DNA of 64,000 nucleotides from Escherichia coli (GTDB lineage Bacteria; Pseudomonadota; Gammaproteobacteria; Enterobacterales; Enterobacteriaceae): NCBI RefSeq assembly GCF_048403405.1, contig NZ_CP183135.1; one strand, 5' to 3'. Shown piece by piece: positions 61,421 to 64,000 of this stretch (position 1 is its first letter; each line of letters starts with the position of its first letter). The notes under the pieces were generated by a model. It saw only the letters and a program-made list of their open reading frames with translations, ran no database searches and was not told where the DNA came from. The position numbers and the translations under genes were made by a program.

Positions 61421-62596
61421 ATGTTCAGAATGAAACTCATGGAAACACTTAACCAGTGCATAAACGCTGGTCATGAAATGACGAAGGCTATCGCCATTGC
61501 ACAGTTTAATGATGACAGCCCGGAAGCGAGGAAAATAACCCGGCGCTGGAGAATAGGTGAAGCAGCGGATTTAGTTGGGGTTTCTTCTCAGGCTATCAGA
61601 GATGCCGAGAAAGCAGGGCGACTACCGCACCCGGATATGGAAATTCGAGGACGGGTTGAGCAACGTGTTGGTTATACAATTGAACAAATTAATCATATGC
61701 GTGATGTGTTTGGTACGCGATTGCGACGTGCTGAAGACGTATTTCCACCGGTGATCGGGGTTGCTGCCCATAAAGGTGGCGTTTACAAAACCTCAGTTTC
61801 TGTTCATCTTGCTCAGGATCTGGCTCTGAAGGGGCTACGTGTTTTGCTCGTGGAAGGTAACGACCCCCAGGGAACAGCCTCAATGTATCACGGATGGGTA
61901 CCAGATCTTCATATTCATGCAGAAGACACTCTCCTGCCTTTCTATCTTGGGGAAAAGGACGATGTCACTTATGCAATAAAGCCCACTTGCTGGCCGGGGC
62001 TTGACATTATTCCTTCCTGTCTGGCTCTGCACCGTATTGAAACTGAGTTAATGGGCAAATTTGATGAAGGTAAACTGCCCACCGATCCACACCTGATGCT
62101 CCGACTGGCCATTGAAACTGTTGCTCATGACTATGATGTCATAGTTATTGACAGCGCGCCTAACCTGGGTATCGGCACGATTAATGTCGTATGTGCTGCT
62201 GATGTGCTGATTGTTCCCACGCCTGCTGAGTTGTTTGACTACACCTCCGCACTGCAGTTTTTCGATATGCTTCGTGATCTGCTCAAGAACGTTGATCTTA
62301 AAGGGTTCGAGCCTGATGTACGTATTTTGCTTACCAAATACAGCAATAGTAATGGCTCTCAGTCCCCGTGGATGGAGGAGCAAATTCGGGATGCCTGGGG
62401 AAGCATGGTTCTAAAAAATGTTGTACGTGAAACGGATGAAGTTGGTAAAGGTCAGATCCGGATGAGAACTGTTTTTGAACAGGCCATTGATCAACGCTCT
62501 TCAACTGGTGCCTGGAGAAATGCTCTTTCTATTTGGGAACCTGTCTGCAATGAAATTTTCGATCGTCTGATTAAACCACGCTGGGAGATTAGATAA
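61421..62596 (+). CDS. sopA: partition ATPase SopA (ParA family); the native start may be the in-frame ATG at 61430
   Basis: ...[28 protein letters not shown]...; deviant Walker [12 protein letters not shown]. Confidence 0.9.
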   Translation: MFRMKLMETLNQCINAGHEMTKAIAIAQFNDDSPEARKITRRWRIGEAADLVGVSSQAIRDAEKAGRLPHPDMEIRGRVEQRVGYTIEQINHMRDVFGTRLRRAEDVFPPVIGVAAHKGGVYKTSVSVHLAQDLALKGLRVLLVEGNDPQGTASMYHGWVPDLHIHAEDTLLPFYLGEKDDVTYAIKPTCWPGLDIIPSCLALHRIETELMGKFDEGKLPTDPHLMLRLAIETVAHDYDVIVIDSAPNLGIGTINVVCAADVLIVPTPAELFDYTSALQFFDMLRDLLKNVDLKGFEPDVRILLTKYSNSNGSQSPWMEEQIRDAWGSMVLKNVVRETDEVGKGQIRMRTVFEQAIDQRSSTGAWRNALSIWEPVCNEIFDRLIKPRWEIR

Positions 62597-63566
62597 TGAA
62601 GCGTGCGCCTGTTATTCCAAAACATACGCTCAATACTCAACCGGTTGAAGATACTTCGTTATCGACACCAGCTGCCCCGATGGTGGATTCGTTAATTGCG
62701 CGCGTAGGAGTAATGGCTCGCGGTAATGCCATTACTTTGCCTGTATGTGGTCGGGATGTGAAGTTTACTCTTGAAGTGCTCCGGGGTGATAGTGTTGAGA
62801 AGACCTCTCGGGTATGGTCAGGTAATGAACGTGACCAGGAGCTGCTTACTGAGGACGCACTGGATGATCTCATCCCTTCTTTTCTACTGACTGGTCAACA
62901 GACACCGGCGTTCGGTCGAAGAGTATCTGGTGTCATAGAAATTGCCGATGGGAGTCGCCGTCGTAAAGCTGCTGCACTTACCGAAAGTGATTATCGTGTT
63001 CTGGTTGGCGAGCTGGATGATGAGCAGATGGCTGCATTATCCAGATTGGGTAACGATTATCGCCCAACAAGTGCTTATGAACGTGGTCAGCGTTATGCAA
63101 GCCGATTGCAGAATGAATTTGCTGGAAATATTTCTGCGCTGGCTGATGCGGAAAATATTTCACGTAAGATTATTACCCGCTGTATCAACACAGCCAAATT
63201 GCCTAAATCAGTTGTTGCTCTTTTTCTCACCCCGGTGAACTATCTGCCCGGTCAGGTGATGCACTTCAAAAAGCCTTTACAGATAAAGAGGAATTACTTA
63301 AGCAGCAGGCATCTAACCTTCATGAGCAGAAAAAAGCTGGGGTGATATTTGAAGCTGAAGAAGTTATCACTCTTTTAACTTCTGTGCTTAAAACGTCATC
63401 TGCATCAAGAACTAGTTTAAGCTCACGACATCAGTTTGCTCCTGGAGCGACAGTATTGTATAAGGGCGATAAAATGGTGCTTAACCTGGACAGGTCTCGT
63501 GTTCCAACTGAGTGTATAGAGAAAATTGAGGCCATTCTTAAGGAACTTGAAAAGCCAGCACCCTGA
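62596..63566 (+). pseudogene. sopB: partition protein SopB with -1 frameshift in a T run (T5 at 63221-63225, T6 expected)
   Basis: Track ORFs 62596..63345 and 63342..63566 together give SopB; one extra T restores ...[23 protein letters not shown]... Confidence 0.8.
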
Positions 63567-63654
63567 TGCGACCACGTTTTAGTCTACGTTTATCTGTCTT
63601 TACTTAATGTCCTTTGTTACAGGCCAGAAAGCATAACTGGCCTGAATATTCTCT

Positions 63655-63935
63655 CTGGGCCCACTGTTCCACTTGTATCGTCGGTCTGATTATTAGTCTG
63701 GGACCACGGTCCCACTCGTATCGTCGGTCTGATTATTAGTCTGGGACCATGGTCCCACTCGTATCGTCGGTCTGATTATTAGTCTGGGACCACGGTCCCA
63801 CTCGTATCGTCGGTCTGATTATTAGTCTGGGACCACGATCCCACTCGTGTTGTCGGTCTGATTATCGGTCTGGGATCACGGTCCCACTTGTATTGTCGAT
63901 CAGACTATCAGCGTGAGACTACGATTCCATCAATG
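63655..63935. repeat. sopC centromere: ~6.5 tandem 43-bp repeats
   Basis: Repeated unit GGGACCACGGTCCCACTCGTATCGTCGGTCTGATTATTAGTCT, each containing a 7-bp inverted repeat. Confidence 0.85.
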
Positions 63936-64000
63936 CCTGTCAAGGGCAAGTATTGACATGTCGTCGTAACCTGTAGAACGGAGTAACCTCGGTGTGCGGT

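Noticed and set aside
63655-63935. Tandem 43-bp direct repeats considered as a possible CRISPR array
   Set aside because: The repeats are contiguous with no unique spacers and follow sopB; this is the sopC centromere.

Overview
This 64-kb window reads as a mosaic segment of an F-type multireplicon plasmid from Enterobacteriaceae (E. coli-like). All calls are from reading the sequence and the ORF track against remembered protein families; no database search was run. Left to right: (1) a Tn10 remnant (tetC partial, tetD, IS10) with IS1 nested inside IS10 and the IS10 end abutting a 149-bp IS26 fragment; (2) a thiol-disulfide/iron-uptake block (DsbA-like fragment, thioredoxin-like protein, FMN-binding protein, FTR1 permease, P19-like protein, membrane protein, two FtsX permeases, ABC ATPase, TlpA-like lipoprotein) and a truncated agp; (3) IS5075-like element inserted in the terminal IR of a Tn21-subgroup transposon whose tnpA is cut by IS26; (4) the IS26 - aac(6')-Ib-cr - blaOXA-1 - truncated catB3 - IS26 resistance module; (5) a dead IS66-family element carrying an exact 1954-bp IS100-like insertion; (6) a DUF4198-like gene plus TonB-dependent receptor; (7) an IS2 fragment and a low-GC island with an orphan PapB-like regulator and an unassigned membrane protein; (8) tyrosine recombinase + RepFIB repA with iterons; (9) an IS1-bracketed ColV-type virulence module (sitABCD, eno fragment, crcB, shiF, iucABCD, iutA); (10) an OLD-family ATPase/TOPRIM gene plus compact SF1 helicase gene directly downstream of vagCD; (11) F-like ccdAB, resD, ori2, repE, incC, sopA, sopB, sopC. 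The best candidate for an uncharacterised system is the OLD-family/helicase pair, followed by the low-GC island. Four genes show single-base frame breaks at homopolymer runs, which may be sequencing artefacts rather than real pseudogenes.
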